From Deinococcus sp. (lineage in GTDB: Bacteria > Deinococcota > Deinococci > Deinococcales > Deinococcaceae), in assembly GCA_965261005.1 (NCBI GenBank), contig OZ253375.1:2336001-2400000 (forward strand): a stretch of 64,000 bases of DNA. The letters run 5' to 3'. Of this stretch, positions 55,324 to 64,000 are shown one piece after another. The notes under the pieces are model-generated. The model did no database searches. It saw only the letters and a list, made by a program, of their open reading frames with translations, and had not been told where the DNA came from. Made by a program: the position numbers and the translations under genes. The stretch's first letter is position 1, and each line of letters begins with the position of its first letter.

Positions 55324-55998
55324 ATGTCGGCCCCACATCTGTGGTTGCGCTCGTTGCGCCGCGCCCTCGGCCTCAGTCAGATTGAGGTTGAGGCGCGCAC
55401 GGCCGCGCTGGGAGAGGCTTGCCGGGTCTCGCAGTCGTACCTGTCCAAGTTGGAAGGCGGTTGCAAACCCTTGGCGTCGCTGCCCCCGCTCAAGTTGGAC
55501 GCGCTGCGGCGTTTGTACCAGGTCAGTCCCGGCGAGTGGGTGGCCCACACCGGCTTGCAGCTGGTGTTGGAGGCGAACGCGGGCGAGGTGGTGGGCAGCC
55601 TGGACTTCGTGCGGATGCCGGTGCGCGCCCTCGCGGCTGCCGGCTTTCCCCTCAGCGAGGACGGCTCAGACACCATTGACAACGAACTGGTTCCGCGCGA
55701 GGAGTTTAGGGGTGGCATGGTCGTGCTGGAGGTGCAGGGTGAGTCCATGACCACCCTGGAAGGTGGCCTGCGCTCGGGGGACCGCGTCTATGTGGACACC
55801 GCCGACTTGGAGCTGCGCGAAGGCAAAATCTACGTACTGCACGTCGGCGGCGGCGGCACGGTGGTCAAGCGCGTGCGTCACTTCGAGGACGGCTTTTGGC
55901 TGACCAGCGACAACCCCAACTTCGCTCCCATCCGGCCCGACCAAGCCACCGTGATCGGCCGGGTCTACTTTCACCAACCGCGCGGCCGCCGGCTGTGA
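55324..55998 (+). CDS. XRE-HTH / S24 peptidase self-cleaving repressor (CI/LexA-like)
   Basis: GLSQ...VSQSYLSKLE HTH, AAG cleavage site, VQGESM (Ser), VVKR (Lys), SDNP. Confidence 0.92.
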   Translation: MSAPHLWLRSLRRALGLSQIEVEARTAALGEACRVSQSYLSKLEGGCKPLASLPPLKLDALRRLYQVSPGEWVAHTGLQLVLEANAGEVVGSLDFVRMPVRALAAAGFPLSEDGSDTIDNELVPREEFRGGMVVLEVQGESMTTLEGGLRSGDRVYVDTADLELREGKIYVLHVGGGGTVVKRVRHFEDGFWLTSDNPNFAPIRPDQATVIGRVYFHQPRGRRL

Positions 55999-56038
55999 CG
56001 TGACAAGTTGATGTGGCAAGTTGATGTGATAAGCGCCC

Positions 56039-57736
56039 TCAGTTGAGGTTGATGACCACGCCCTTGATGTCCACCGGGCCGCCGCCGCCGTCAATTTTGA
56101 CGCCCATCTGGGCGCTCAACTCCAAGGTTTTCTGAGCCTGCACCTGCACGTCGCCCTGCGCCTGCACGCGCACGTCCTTTTGGGCCACAACGCGCGCGTC
56201 CCCCTTCACCTGAATGGTCACGCTGTCGGTCTTGCTGTCAATCTTGATGGTGTTGCCGTTCTTGTCCTGCACCAGGATGTGCGGCTCGCCCTCGCTGTCG
56301 TCTAGCACGACCACGTGGCCGCTGCGCGAGCGAATCACGCGCTGCTGCACTTTGCCCCCCTTTACCAGTTCGCCGGTTGGCTTGGTGGGCTTGTCCACGC
56401 CGTTCCACAGCCCGCCGATCACGTAGGGATGGTGAATGTCGCCCAGCTCGAAGCCGACCAGCACCTCGTCGTTGACCTCGGGCACGAACTGAAGGCCGCG
56501 CTCGGAGCCGCCGCCCACGCTGACCACCCGCGCCCAGTCACTTTCGTCCTGCTCGGTCAGCCAGGGGTACTTCAGCTTGACGCGCCCTTGGTTTTGTGGG
56601 TCGTCGTTGTTGGTCACGATGCCGATGGCGAGGCCGCGCTGGCGGTGGTCCTCGCCGCCGCCGGTGAGCGCGTGGGTCAGGTTGCCAGGCTGCTGGCCCG
56701 AAACCACGAACTCGGTGGAGTAGCCGCGGTCGGTATGGTAGCTGTGGGTGGCGCTCGACACGTAGTAGGTGCCCGCGAAGCGCGTCCCGACGCTTTCGAA
56801 GCGCACCGGCACGCCGGCGGTCAGCGCCGGGTTTCCGCCGCAGGTGCCGCTCGCCTCCAGCAGTCGCTCGCTTTGGCGGTTGAGTTCGGCTTGGGCGTAT
56901 TGCTCAGCCAAGTTTTGCTGACGAAACACCTGGGACGTGACGTGCAGATCGGCCTGCATGTGAAAGGCGCCCTCAGTGACGCTTTCGGGCGCGCGGCCTT
57001 CCCCTACGCTGGGCTTGCCCTCGGCGCGCCCCGGCTGCCCCACCACCGCCTGCTTTTTCTGGGGATCCCAACCGCGCACGGTGGTCTTGCCCGGCTGACC
57101 CAGGCTGCTCAGGCGTGGGGTGAACTCGCTCATGTTGGCGCCCCAGCGCAGCTCGATGGCCTGGTCCTCTCCTTTAGGAGGCAGGCAGCATAGCGTTTGG
57201 TCCTCGACGTACAGCAGGTAGCCGAGCTGCGCGGCGCGCGACTGCAAAAAGGACAGGTTGCTTTGGTTGTTCTGAAAAACGTAGTCATGCACGAAGCTGG
57301 CCGGCCCGGTTATGGCTTGTAGGCCAACCTCGCCCGCGATTTTGCGCACCAAGTCCATGTCGCTGACGTTGCGAAACGAGCGGGCGTGGGTGCCCCGTCC
57401 GAGCCGGTGCAGCCGGTCAAAGGCCCGCACCACGATGAACTGGTCGTGGCGCGAAAAGCGCGGCTCGACTTCCACGATCTCGCCCTCGAACAGCTTGCCG
57501 GTGTTGTCCTGAATCTGGGTGTGAATTTCCAACTTTCTGCCCAGGCTCAAGCTGTCGTCGTCAATCAGGGCGACTTCGGGATCACGAATGATCAGGGTCG
57601 CCAAGTCGGGAAGGTGCAGACTGCTCTCGACGTTCACCTCGCGCAACGCGCGCATGATGCTCAAGGGCGCGTCAGCGCCGTCGAACTTGAGCAGAAAGTG
57701 CGCGACGGCGCTGCGCGTGCTGTTGGCGGCCGTCAT
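56039..57736 (-). CDS. CIS VgrG-like hub/spike protein (late control D plus gp5 OB-fold)
   Basis: RAFDRLHRL, VRGWDP, DDPQNQGRVKLKYPWL, WARV, PEVNDEVLVGFELGD, beta-helix tail. Confidence 0.92.
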   Translation of the reverse strand: MTAANSTRSAVAHFLLKFDGADAPLSIMRALREVNVESSLHLPDLATLIIRDPEVALIDDDSLSLGRKLEIHTQIQDNTGKLFEGEIVEVEPRFSRHDQFIVVRAFDRLHRLGRGTHARSFRNVSDMDLVRKIAGEVGLQAITGPASFVHDYVFQNNQSNLSFLQSRAAQLGYLLYVEDQTLCCLPPKGEDQAIELRWGANMSEFTPRLSSLGQPGKTTVRGWDPQKKQAVVGQPGRAEGKPSVGEGRAPESVTEGAFHMQADLHVTSQVFRQQNLAEQYAQAELNRQSERLLEASGTCGGNPALTAGVPVRFESVGTRFAGTYYVSSATHSYHTDRGYSTEFVVSGQQPGNLTHALTGGGEDHRQRGLAIGIVTNNDDPQNQGRVKLKYPWLTEQDESDWARVVSVGGGSERGLQFVPEVNDEVLVGFELGDIHHPYVIGGLWNGVDKPTKPTGELVKGGKVQQRVIRSRSGHVVVLDDSEGEPHILVQDKNGNTIKIDSKTDSVTIQVKGDARVVAQKDVRVQAQGDVQVQAQKTLELSAQMGVKIDGGGGPVDIKGVVINLN

Positions 57737-58308
57737 GTGCCCCGGCTTCGGCGCGGGTCTTGGTTGCCGCCGCTTGCACCCCGGCGTAGTTGTTCGCTGA
57801 TTTGGGCCGTGGAGGTGCCAGCGGCCATCAAGGCCTTGTCCTCGGTCTGCTGCAAGTCCAACCTCACCGTCGCCCGCACTGGCATGCCGCTGGGTAAAAA
57901 CATGGTGAACTGCTGCTGCATGTTTTTCAAAATGGCCTTGAAGTACCAAGTCGATCCCCATTGAAACAGCACCTCGGGCGGCTTGCCCTTGTCCGTCTTG
58001 GGGTTTTTGGTGCGCTCATCGATCAGCATCAGCTTCCACAGCGCGTCGGTATGCACGCGCACGTCCTCGACGCCGCCCAAACCGCCTGTACGGTTCAGGT
58101 AGGTGTCGAAGAACAGTTCCAGGCTTAGGGTGGCTCCCTGACCGCCCGAGAAGTTCATTTCGCCGGCGTCCTGGGTGCTGTTGGACGCCGAGTCCCAGTT
58201 GGCCGTTTTGCTCAGGGTGTACTCTTTCGGGTTGAACATGAATTCGATGCGCCCGCCCGCCGGATTGATCGGGGTGATCGAGGCTTTGACCAATTGACCG
58301 CTTGTCAT
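57733..58308 (-). CDS. CIS tube-initiator-like protein (Afp7/Pvc7-like, no LysM seen)
   Basis: FMFNPKEYTLSK, LSLELFFDT, PPEVLFQWG, TMFLPSGMPVRATV. Confidence 0.85.
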   Translation of the reverse strand: MTSGQLVKASITPINPAGGRIEFMFNPKEYTLSKTANWDSASNSTQDAGEMNFSGGQGATLSLELFFDTYLNRTGGLGGVEDVRVHTDALWKLMLIDERTKNPKTDKGKPPEVLFQWGSTWYFKAILKNMQQQFTMFLPSGMPVRATVRLDLQQTEDKALMAAGTSTAQISEQLRRGASGGNQDPRRSRGT

Positions 58309-58354
58309 GTATTCCTCCCGTATTCCGAGCTATTCGAGCTGTTGGGCGCTCGGG

Positions 58355-61300
58355 TTATTGGCTGCATTCGGGCGGTGGCGGCGTGTTGGGACGCCAGCCG
58401 CACCAACGCTCCCGGTCCGAGCGCCTGCTGTACGGGCCGTAAAACGAGTTGAGGCTGTCGTCAAAGGACACCACAAAGGACACCACGTCGTCGGGCTTGT
58501 CCGGGAACAGCACCCTGGCGTTCATGGTGTAAGGGGTGCTGGAGCCGCGAATCAGCTTGCCCTTGACTTGGCCCTGCTCGCCGCCTCGGCTGTCGCTGAA
58601 GGTGCCGCTCACCTCGGAGCCGTTGATCTGCAAGTTGAGTTCGCCGAAGCTGTGCTTCCACACGCCCGCCAGCTTGGCCGAGGCCGGGTTTGGCTGAACG
58701 CTCGGAGGCGCCTTCGCTTGGGCTTCCGCCGCCACCTGTACGATTTTGGCAATCGCCTTGCCGTCGCCGTTGGTGGCCCGCAGCACGAAGGTGGTGTTGC
58801 GCTTGACTTGTACGGCGCGGCTGCCCTGCGGGTCCACCTTGCCGACCCCGCTCAGCGTGACGCTTTCAGCGTGCTCGACGTTCCAAGACAAGGTGACGTT
58901 GCTGTTTTTCGGCACGCTTTCGGCGCTGGCCTGAAACGAGGCGATCTCGGGCAGCCGCGCCGGTGGCGCGGCTGGAATAACCTCCGCCTTGATGTCCGGA
59001 GGTGGCGTGACCGAAAGCGGGCGCGCCGGCACGGCGGGTTGAGGCTTGGGTTCGGGCGGTTCCGCGGCGATCGCCGGCTTTGGCGCGGAGACGGCCGGCT
59101 TTGGTGTGGGCGCTTTTGCGGTGGGCGCTGGGGCGACCGGGACCTTGGCCTGAGCGGGTTTGGGCGCCGGCTTGACTTGCACGGGCTTGGGCGCCGTACG
59201 CACGTCCACGCTTTGCCGGGCGCTCACCTGACCTCCCTTGCCCGTCGCGACCAGCGTGAAGCTCATGTCGCGCGGCACGGCGACGCTCAGCGTGCCACGC
59301 GGCCCTACGGTGCGACCGAGCGGGCGGATGACGACTTGATCGGCGCCGAGGATCTTCCACTTGAGCGTCACCTTGCCGCCCTGAGCGATTTTGGCGGGAG
59401 CGGCGTTGAAATAGGAGACGGTGGGCGGCGCGGGCAAAACGGGTTTGGGGGCTGCCTGGGGAATAGGGAGCGCCACGGTTGGTGCGGGCGCCGGCAGCGG
59501 CGGCAGCACCACGACGCTCAGCGTGCGGGCGTCTTCCTTGCCTTGCGCGTTTTTGGCGCTCAGCGACAACGGCGCGGTCTGAGGGGGCGCGCTCAGCGTG
59601 ATCTCACCGCTTTGGGCCACGTTCTGCGTGCCTCCTGGCGTGACGAGTTGAACGCTGTCGGCGTCCCTCGTTTGCCAAGTCAGGGTGTATTGGTCGCCGG
59701 GCCGGACCTTGCGCGGCTGGACGTCGAAGCTCAGCACCTGCGGCGGTTTCGCCACCACGTTGACCGCCCCCGAACTGCTGACGCTGGTTTGGCCGTTGCC
59801 GGCCTGAAGCCGGTACACCGTGTTGGCCTGCGCCGTCACCTGCCGCTCGCCGCTGCTTTCCACCGTGCCGAGCGGGTCGATGTTGACATCGGTCGCCCCG
59901 GCCACCTTCCAGCGAATGACCACCGGTTGGCCCGGCTCGGCGTCGGCGGGGGTGACCTTGAACAACTGGATTTCCGGTGGAAGCAGCTTCACGGTGACGT
60001 TTTTGCTCACGCTCTCGCCGCCCGACTGTGCGCTCAAGCGAAAGTCGGTGTCGGCCGTCAGCTTTTGCTTCACCTCACCCCGCGCGTTGACCGTGCCGAA
60101 GGGTTCCAGCGTCACGTTCTTGACGTTGGCCACGTTCCAGCGCAAGGTGACCGTCTGGCCGACGGTGACGGCCGTCGGCGTCACCTCGAAGCGGCCGATC
60201 ACCGGGGCGGGCAGCTTGGGCGTGACGGTCAGGCTGCGCTGCACCTTTTTGAAGCGGCTGTAAGCGGTGAGCTTGAGCGTGGTCGGGTCGTTCACGCCCC
60301 CCGGCAAGGTGAACGATCCCTTGCCGCCGGGGCCGGCCGGCAGCAGCTTGCCCGGCGGATCGAGCCGCACCCGGTAGGCGCCGTGGGTGTCCCACGCGAC
60401 CGTGAAGGGCTGGCCCAAGCCCGGCGTGAGCGGCGTGACCTCGAAGTCCTCGATGCCCGGTGGGCGCATGGCCCAGGTGTAGCCGAGACCGCCCAGCAAC
60501 AGCAGCAGCGGAATCCACCACAAGGGAATCACCGGGTTTTGGCGCAGTTCCAGCGATAGCGGGCTGAGCCGCTCACGGTCGTTGGCGATTTGCAAAAACA
60601 AGCGGTGCTGCCGAACGGTGCCGATCCAGCGCACCGGCAGTCGCACCTTGATGGGTTCGTTGTGGCGTTGTCCCGGCGCGATGGTAACCCCATCCGAAAG
60701 GGCGGCCACCCGCACCTTGCCGAAGCCTTCGCGCAACTGGATCCAGTAAGCGTAGATGATGGCGCGCCAAGGAATCAGCTGCGATAAGTCGCCGTTTTGC
60801 GGAATGCGCGACATGCTCAGCGGCGACTGAAGCCGCACGGCGCCCTCATCGTCGCGAATGGTGGGCACGTAGGTCAGCGGCAAGTTGCCGCCGTTCAGAA
60901 TGCTCAGTTCGTACTTGGTGCGAAACCAGGCGCTGCGCTTTTTGGGCGCGACCTCGATCAGGCTGTCGGCGTAGGCGCCGAGGCGCCACGTCATGGTCGC
61001 GAAGCCCACCTCTTCGGGGTTTTCGCGCGAGCGGGCGATCACCCGCACTGGGTAGTCGCCGGCGTGCTGCTCCGTGCTTTTCGGCGCGAGCAGTTTGAGT
61101 GCCGTGTCGCCCCGGCTGCCGGGGTTCAGCTGCACCTCGTGAAAGGCGTTGTGCACCCACTCGGGCGGCACCCCCTCGACCGAGAGCATGAAGTGATCCA
61201 CCGTTTTGCCGGTGTTGGCGAGGTGGACTGGCAAGCTGAGGGTCTTGCCGGGCACCAGTTCGAGCACGTCCTGATCCACCGACACGCCGATGCGCGCCGG

Positions 61301-62560
61301 CGGCGGCGCTTTGTGCGGCGCGGTCAAGATCAGCCAATACGGCTCCACGTGCAGCGCGCTGCCGTATGGCCAAGGCACACGCTTCATGGGCGGCAGCTTG
61401 AGCCGGTCAAGGGCGCTGCCGTTGGTAGAGCTGAGGTCGGTGACCAGCACCTGGTCACCCTCCGACTCGATATTGAGATGGTGCCTGGACACGCCGGCGT
61501 GATTGAGCACGACGTCGTTTTTGGGCGCTCGCCCCACCGTGATGACCGCCTCCCTGAGGGGTTCCACCCGCAGCACTTGACCCTCGCGGTCGAGAATCAG
61601 CAGTCGCGGCTCGGGAGAGCGGTCCCTGGGCAGCTCGAAGTTGGGCGGCGGCGTCAGCGGCAAGTCGGGCAGCACCACGGTTGGGTTCGGCCCCTGCGGC
61701 ATCAGGCGGTTCATCGCTCCCTGAAGGGCGTTTTCCAAATCGCCGGCGCTGGCGTAGCGGTACTCGGGCGCCTTGGCGAGGCAGGTCAGCACGATTTCTT
61801 CGAGGTCTTCAGGAATGTCGCGCCGAATCTGGCCGGGCGGAATGGGGGCCACGTGCTGATGCTTTTGCAGGGCGTCGGCGAGGTCGCGCGTTTCAAAGGG
61901 AACCATGCCGGTCAGCATTTCGTAGAGCATCACGCCCAGCGCGTAAATATCGCTGCGGCGCTCACCGCGCACGCCGCGGCACTGCTCGGGCGCCATGTAA
62001 GCCGGCGTGGTCGTGATCAGCCGGTCGTGTGTGCCGTAAGTGTAGGCGCGCAGCTCACCCACACCAAAATCACTGACCTGCGCGGTGTAGGCGGCTTTGC
62101 CGAGCAGCTCGCGTGCCGGCCGAAGCAACACGTTTTCGGGCTTGAGGTCGCCGTGCATCAGGTCCGCGCTGTGGGCATAGGCCAAGGCCGCCGCCGTTTG
62201 CCGCGCCAAATCAACCGTGAGCAGAAGATCCAAGTATTGGCCACCCTGGGCCGCGCTTTGCAACAATTGGCGCGTCGAGCCGCTTTGCGCGAGGGTCATG
62301 GTGGCGTAGGCGCGCTGCTCACTTTCTATGTACTCGCCCAACTCAAGGATGTTGGGATGCTTGAGGCGCCTGACCTTTTCAAACAGGCGCCCATATTGAG
62401 CGAGCAGTTGCGGCTGGGCAAGGTGTTCGGGCGCGAGCACACGCAACGCGAGCGTTTCGCCGGCGTCGAGGTCTTGGGCGGCGTACACCTCACCCAGCCA
62501 GCCCAGCCCGAGCGGCCGCAACAGCCGGAAGCCTTGGTACACGGCGCCTTGGTTGATCAT
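58355..62560 (-). CDS. membrane Ser/Thr kinase-FHA-Ig repeat protein (1401 aa)
   Basis: HGDLKPEN, DFG, YMAPEQ; FHA with GR, SRHH, STNG; TM WWIPLLLLLGGLGYTW; repeated F-x-VTP...L-x-W-x-V modules. Confidence 0.9.
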   Translation of the reverse strand: MINQGAVYQGFRLLRPLGLGWLGEVYAAQDLDAGETLALRVLAPEHLAQPQLLAQYGRLFEKVRRLKHPNILELGEYIESEQRAYATMTLAQSGSTRQLLQSAAQGGQYLDLLLTVDLARQTAAALAYAHSADLMHGDLKPENVLLRPARELLGKAAYTAQVSDFGVGELRAYTYGTHDRLITTTPAYMAPEQCRGVRGERRSDIYALGVMLYEMLTGMVPFETRDLADALQKHQHVAPIPPGQIRRDIPEDLEEIVLTCLAKAPEYRYASAGDLENALQGAMNRLMPQGPNPTVVLPDLPLTPPPNFELPRDRSPEPRLLILDREGQVLRVEPLREAVITVGRAPKNDVVLNHAGVSRHHLNIESEGDQVLVTDLSSTNGSALDRLKLPPMKRVPWPYGSALHVEPYWLILTAPHKAPPPARIGVSVDQDVLELVPGKTLSLPVHLANTGKTVDHFMLSVEGVPPEWVHNAFHEVQLNPGSRGDTALKLLAPKSTEQHAGDYPVRVIARSRENPEEVGFATMTWRLGAYADSLIEVAPKKRSAWFRTKYELSILNGGNLPLTYVPTIRDDEGAVRLQSPLSMSRIPQNGDLSQLIPWRAIIYAYWIQLREGFGKVRVAALSDGVTIAPGQRHNEPIKVRLPVRWIGTVRQHRLFLQIANDRERLSPLSLELRQNPVIPLWWIPLLLLLGGLGYTWAMRPPGIEDFEVTPLTPGLGQPFTVAWDTHGAYRVRLDPPGKLLPAGPGGKGSFTLPGGVNDPTTLKLTAYSRFKKVQRSLTVTPKLPAPVIGRFEVTPTAVTVGQTVTLRWNVANVKNVTLEPFGTVNARGEVKQKLTADTDFRLSAQSGGESVSKNVTVKLLPPEIQLFKVTPADAEPGQPVVIRWKVAGATDVNIDPLGTVESSGERQVTAQANTVYRLQAGNGQTSVSSSGAVNVVAKPPQVLSFDVQPRKVRPGDQYTLTWQTRDADSVQLVTPGGTQNVAQSGEITLSAPPQTAPLSLSAKNAQGKEDARTLSVVVLPPLPAPAPTVALPIPQAAPKPVLPAPPTVSYFNAAPAKIAQGGKVTLKWKILGADQVVIRPLGRTVGPRGTLSVAVPRDMSFTLVATGKGGQVSARQSVDVRTAPKPVQVKPAPKPAQAKVPVAPAPTAKAPTPKPAVSAPKPAIAAEPPEPKPQPAVPARPLSVTPPPDIKAEVIPAAPPARLPEIASFQASAESVPKNSNVTLSWNVEHAESVTLSGVGKVDPQGSRAVQVKRNTTFVLRATNGDGKAIAKIVQVAAEAQAKAPPSVQPNPASAKLAGVWKHSFGELNLQINGSEVSGTFSDSRGGEQGQVKGKLIRGSSTPYTMNARVLFPDKPDDVVSFVVSFDDSLNSFYGPYSRRSDRERWCGWRPNTPPPPECSQ

Positions 62561-62588
62561 GGCGCGCCGCCTCGCCGGTGAACGTTAT

Positions 62589-63488
62589 TCATATGTACCT
62601 CACTTCGTAGGCCACATGGGCGGGGACGTGCTGGTCCACCACAGCCTCGATGGCGCCCTTGGTCATGCCTTCCTCGTCCCCGGGCGGAATGGGCAGCACG
62701 ATCAGCAGATGGTGGGGCCGTGTGGGGTCCTCGACGACGTGGGGCGTTACGCCGCAGCACACCTCCAGCATGCGCATCAGGCCGTAGCGGGTGCCGCGCC
62801 AACGGTACAAGTTGACCGCCTCGGACAGCCACTCGCGCCGGCGCGACTCGGGCCAGTGGGGATCAACCGTGAGGCCGAGCCACTGCGCGAACCAACCCAG
62901 GAACGACTCCGGACACGTTGCTGGGTCGAAGTACAGCTCCAGAAAATCCTGTCGGCGTTGCAACGGCTCCCACACCTGCTCGAAAATCGAGAGGTAGCGT
63001 CCTACAAAGTCCGATTCGGAAAAGAGGGCGGGTAGGTAATTGAGGTAAGCGCTGATGGCTTGGGGCGGCCCCATGTCCGGCGCCAGCTTGGCGCGCGGCG
63101 GCCGGGGCGGCGCGAAGCGCACGTTTTCCAGCGATTCGGACGTCAGGGCGTCGGCGCCGAGGGCGGGCGCGCTTCCGCGCTCGGCGTGCAGGTAGGTGAC
63201 CACGTATGGCCCGATTTGCGCCGCCACGCCGGCCTCAAAGATCTGCGGCTGGTGTGGCGCGAGGCGCTTGCCGCCCACGAACGTTTCTCCTGCGCCGAGG
63301 TCGGTAATTACGATCTGCTCGCCCGTCCGGCGCACTTCGGCGTGGCGAATGGCCACCGCGGGGTGCGGCAGCGCGAGGCCGTTGTCTGGGGTGCGCCCGA
63401 TGGACAGCAAGCTCATGTCCAGCGCCAGCAGCTTGACCGTCTCGCCGGCGAGCTGCACGAACAATTGGCCGGCCGTGTCCGCCTTCAC
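62589..63488 (-). CDS. FHA domain fused to a phage-tail/baseplate wedge (P2 gpI-like) domain
   Basis: N-terminal IGRTPDN...RHAEV; C-terminal YLPALF, FDPATCPESFLGWFAQWLG, LYRWRGT, PAHV. Confidence 0.85.
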   Translation of the reverse strand: MKADTAGQLFVQLAGETVKLLALDMSLLSIGRTPDNGLALPHPAVAIRHAEVRRTGEQIVITDLGAGETFVGGKRLAPHQPQIFEAGVAAQIGPYVVTYLHAERGSAPALGADALTSESLENVRFAPPRPPRAKLAPDMGPPQAISAYLNYLPALFSESDFVGRYLSIFEQVWEPLQRRQDFLELYFDPATCPESFLGWFAQWLGLTVDPHWPESRRREWLSEAVNLYRWRGTRYGLMRMLEVCCGVTPHVVEDPTRPHHLLIVLPIPPGDEEGMTKGAIEAVVDQHVPAHVAYEVRYI

Positions 63489-64000
63489 TCGACGCCCACC
63501 ACATGCTGGTCAGACACGATCAGGCCTTGCGGCGGCAGCGGCAAGCTGCCGGACAGCGGCGTCTTCAGCTCGGGTTGGCCGGGCTGGGTCAAGTAGAGTT
63601 GCACGTCCTCCACGAAGTCCACGCCGGGAATGGCGCGCAGCAAGCTGTACAGTTCGGCCACGCTCAGAGGACGGCCGAATTCCCAGCCGCTGCCCGCCGG
63701 GCCACCGGTGTGCGGATTGAGATAACGGTAGAGCGAATGCTCGGCGTCGCGGCGCACCTCGGCCCTCAGTGCGCGCGAGGCGCCGCTGGGCACGCGCAAC
63801 AGGCCATGCACCGATACCCAGAAATAGTGCGGCGAGCGCACTTCCAAGGTGGTGCCCACCAGGCGGCGCTCGTCCAGAAAGTTCTGCACGCTGGCGCGCA
63901 GTTCGGCCGACAAGGTGAGCTGGTCGGGGGGAATGCGCCCGCCCGACACCTCGATGCGCGGCAGCACCACCACGCTGACTTGGCCGGGCTGGACGTCAAG
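63485..64000 (-). CDS. baseplate J-like (Afp11/gp6-like) protein, C-terminal part
   Basis: PGQVSVVVLP, FLDERRLVGT, YLNPHTGG, GWEFGRPL, IPGVDFV. Confidence 0.88.
   Translation of the reverse strand, partial: LDVQPGQVSVVVLPRIEVSGGRIPPDQLTLSAELRASVQNFLDERRLVGTTLEVRSPHYFWVSVHGLLRVPSGASRALRAEVRRDAEHSLYRYLNPHTGGPAGSGWEFGRPLSVAELYSLLRAIPGVDFVEDVQLYLTQPGQPELKTPLSGSLPLPPQGLIVSDQHVVGVE

Noticed and set aside
56003..56028. Tandem CAAGTTGATGTG x2 between the repressor and vgrG
   Set aside because: Only two 12-bp units; not a CRISPR array and no function can be supported
54875..64000. Intact prophage interpretation
   Set aside because: No integrase, terminase, portal, capsid or replication gene in view; the tail genes are eCIS-type

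Overview
GC-rich chromosomal window, inferred to come from a Deinococcus-like bacterium (RDRM/DdrO-type boxes, many leaderless TAnnnT promoters, SRE/SNR-like repeats, DinB expansion). Housekeeping genes (moeA, thrC, thrB, gpsA, hflX, uvrB, rpmB, MqnP-like prenyltransferase, M32 carboxypeptidase, an OmpR-type two-component pair) are interspersed with accessory modules: a polyol ABC/mannitol dehydrogenase operon, a GH55-like lipoprotein, a WYL-DinB cluster, a pilin/O-oligosaccharyltransferase cassette and a toxin-antitoxin island. Three regions stand out. (1) A complete IS110 element (34671-35976) is inserted at a CT core inside a TA-flanked repeat. Its bridge-RNA target and donor guides and its circle-junction promoter can be read from the sequence, and empty target copies lie elsewhere in the window. 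(2) The end of a contractile injection system (CIS) operon (56039 to the window edge) contains an FHA-baseplate fusion and a 1401-aa membrane kinase-FHA-Ig protein. (3) Next to it, a holin-like gene has a promoter overlapped by an RDRM and by repeats likely bound by a divergent self-cleaving XRE/S24 repressor. No rRNA, tRNA or CRISPR array was seen. Product calls come from motif recognition by eye, not database searches.
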